From Octopus sinensis (Eukaryota), in contig NC_042998.1 in assembly GCF_006345805.1 (NCBI RefSeq), forward strand, positions 46,748,001 to 46,812,000: a stretch of 64,000 bases of DNA. Reading direction: 5' to 3'. A program made the translations under genes and the position numbers. Each line of letters opens with the position of its first letter. Positions within the stretch are counted from its first letter, which is position 1. A model generated the notes under the pieces. That model searched no databases and had not been told where the DNA came from. It worked only from the letters and a program-made list of their open reading frames with translations. Of this stretch, positions 63,699-64,000 are shown piece by piece.

Positions 63699-63889
63699 TT
63701 ATATATATATATTATATATCAATTGATTTGTTTACATATTTCTCGATAAATTATGAGCGCTAGACGATATACCAGAAATCCCTAGTTTTGTCGGGACGTT
63801 CGAGTCCTGCGCAGTGATATGATTAGTTAGAGAGAGTAAATCATTAGAAGCACATGCTTCTATGAGTTAGGATCTCAGAAAAACAGGGC

Positions 63890-63961
63890 TCTCACTGACG
63901 AATTCTCCCTGAGCAAATAAATTATCTTTATTGCTGAAAAGAAAGAAACTGCAGTCTGAGA
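63890..63961 (+). ncRNA. Type I hammerhead ribozyme fold (third sequence family)
   Basis: Stem I TCTCA (63890-94)/TGAGA (63957-61); CTGACGA 63895-901; stem II TTCT/AGAA plus inner AGCAAATAA/TTATTGCT; GAAA 63945-48; palindromic ACTGCAGT; GUC site ending at 63956. Confidence 0.8.
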
Positions 63962-64000
63962 ATAACCGAGTTAGTAAATGTTTTTATCTTCATTTCACTT

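Overview
AT-rich, repeat-dominated eukaryotic DNA. It is most likely a cephalopod (Octopus-like) genome; this is inferred from the tRNA-derived SINE families and an invertebrate-code nad1 NUMT. I could not support any host protein-coding gene, and most short ORFs in the track are translated microsatellites or SINEs. The window holds a near-intact CR1/Jockey-group LINE ORF2 (53546-56533, minus), a full-length dead DD34D mariner with TIRs, a decayed DD39D ('plant mariner'/Guest-type) transposase, and fragments of RTE, R4/Dong-like and Jockey-type LINEs. It also holds two non-autonomous Helitrons, a MITE and many SINEs. The most striking signal is a set of non-coding elements carrying type I hammerhead ribozyme (HHR) folds with palindromic stem III and unusually long stem II. 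Two form tandem arrays with a divergent inverted copy inside (TA)n tracts (24022-25780, ~640-bp unit; 60876-63189, ~485-bp unit). A third HHR of a different sequence is at 63890-63961, and several relic HHR-like or fold-back elements are scattered through the window. The arrays and a related palindrome share an internal TTGRCTGYTATTTCTA motif and an ACCCT-W-TATT end motif, suggesting a retrozyme/Penelope-type non-autonomous system. All folds were read by eye, not computed, and assembly artefacts cannot be excluded.
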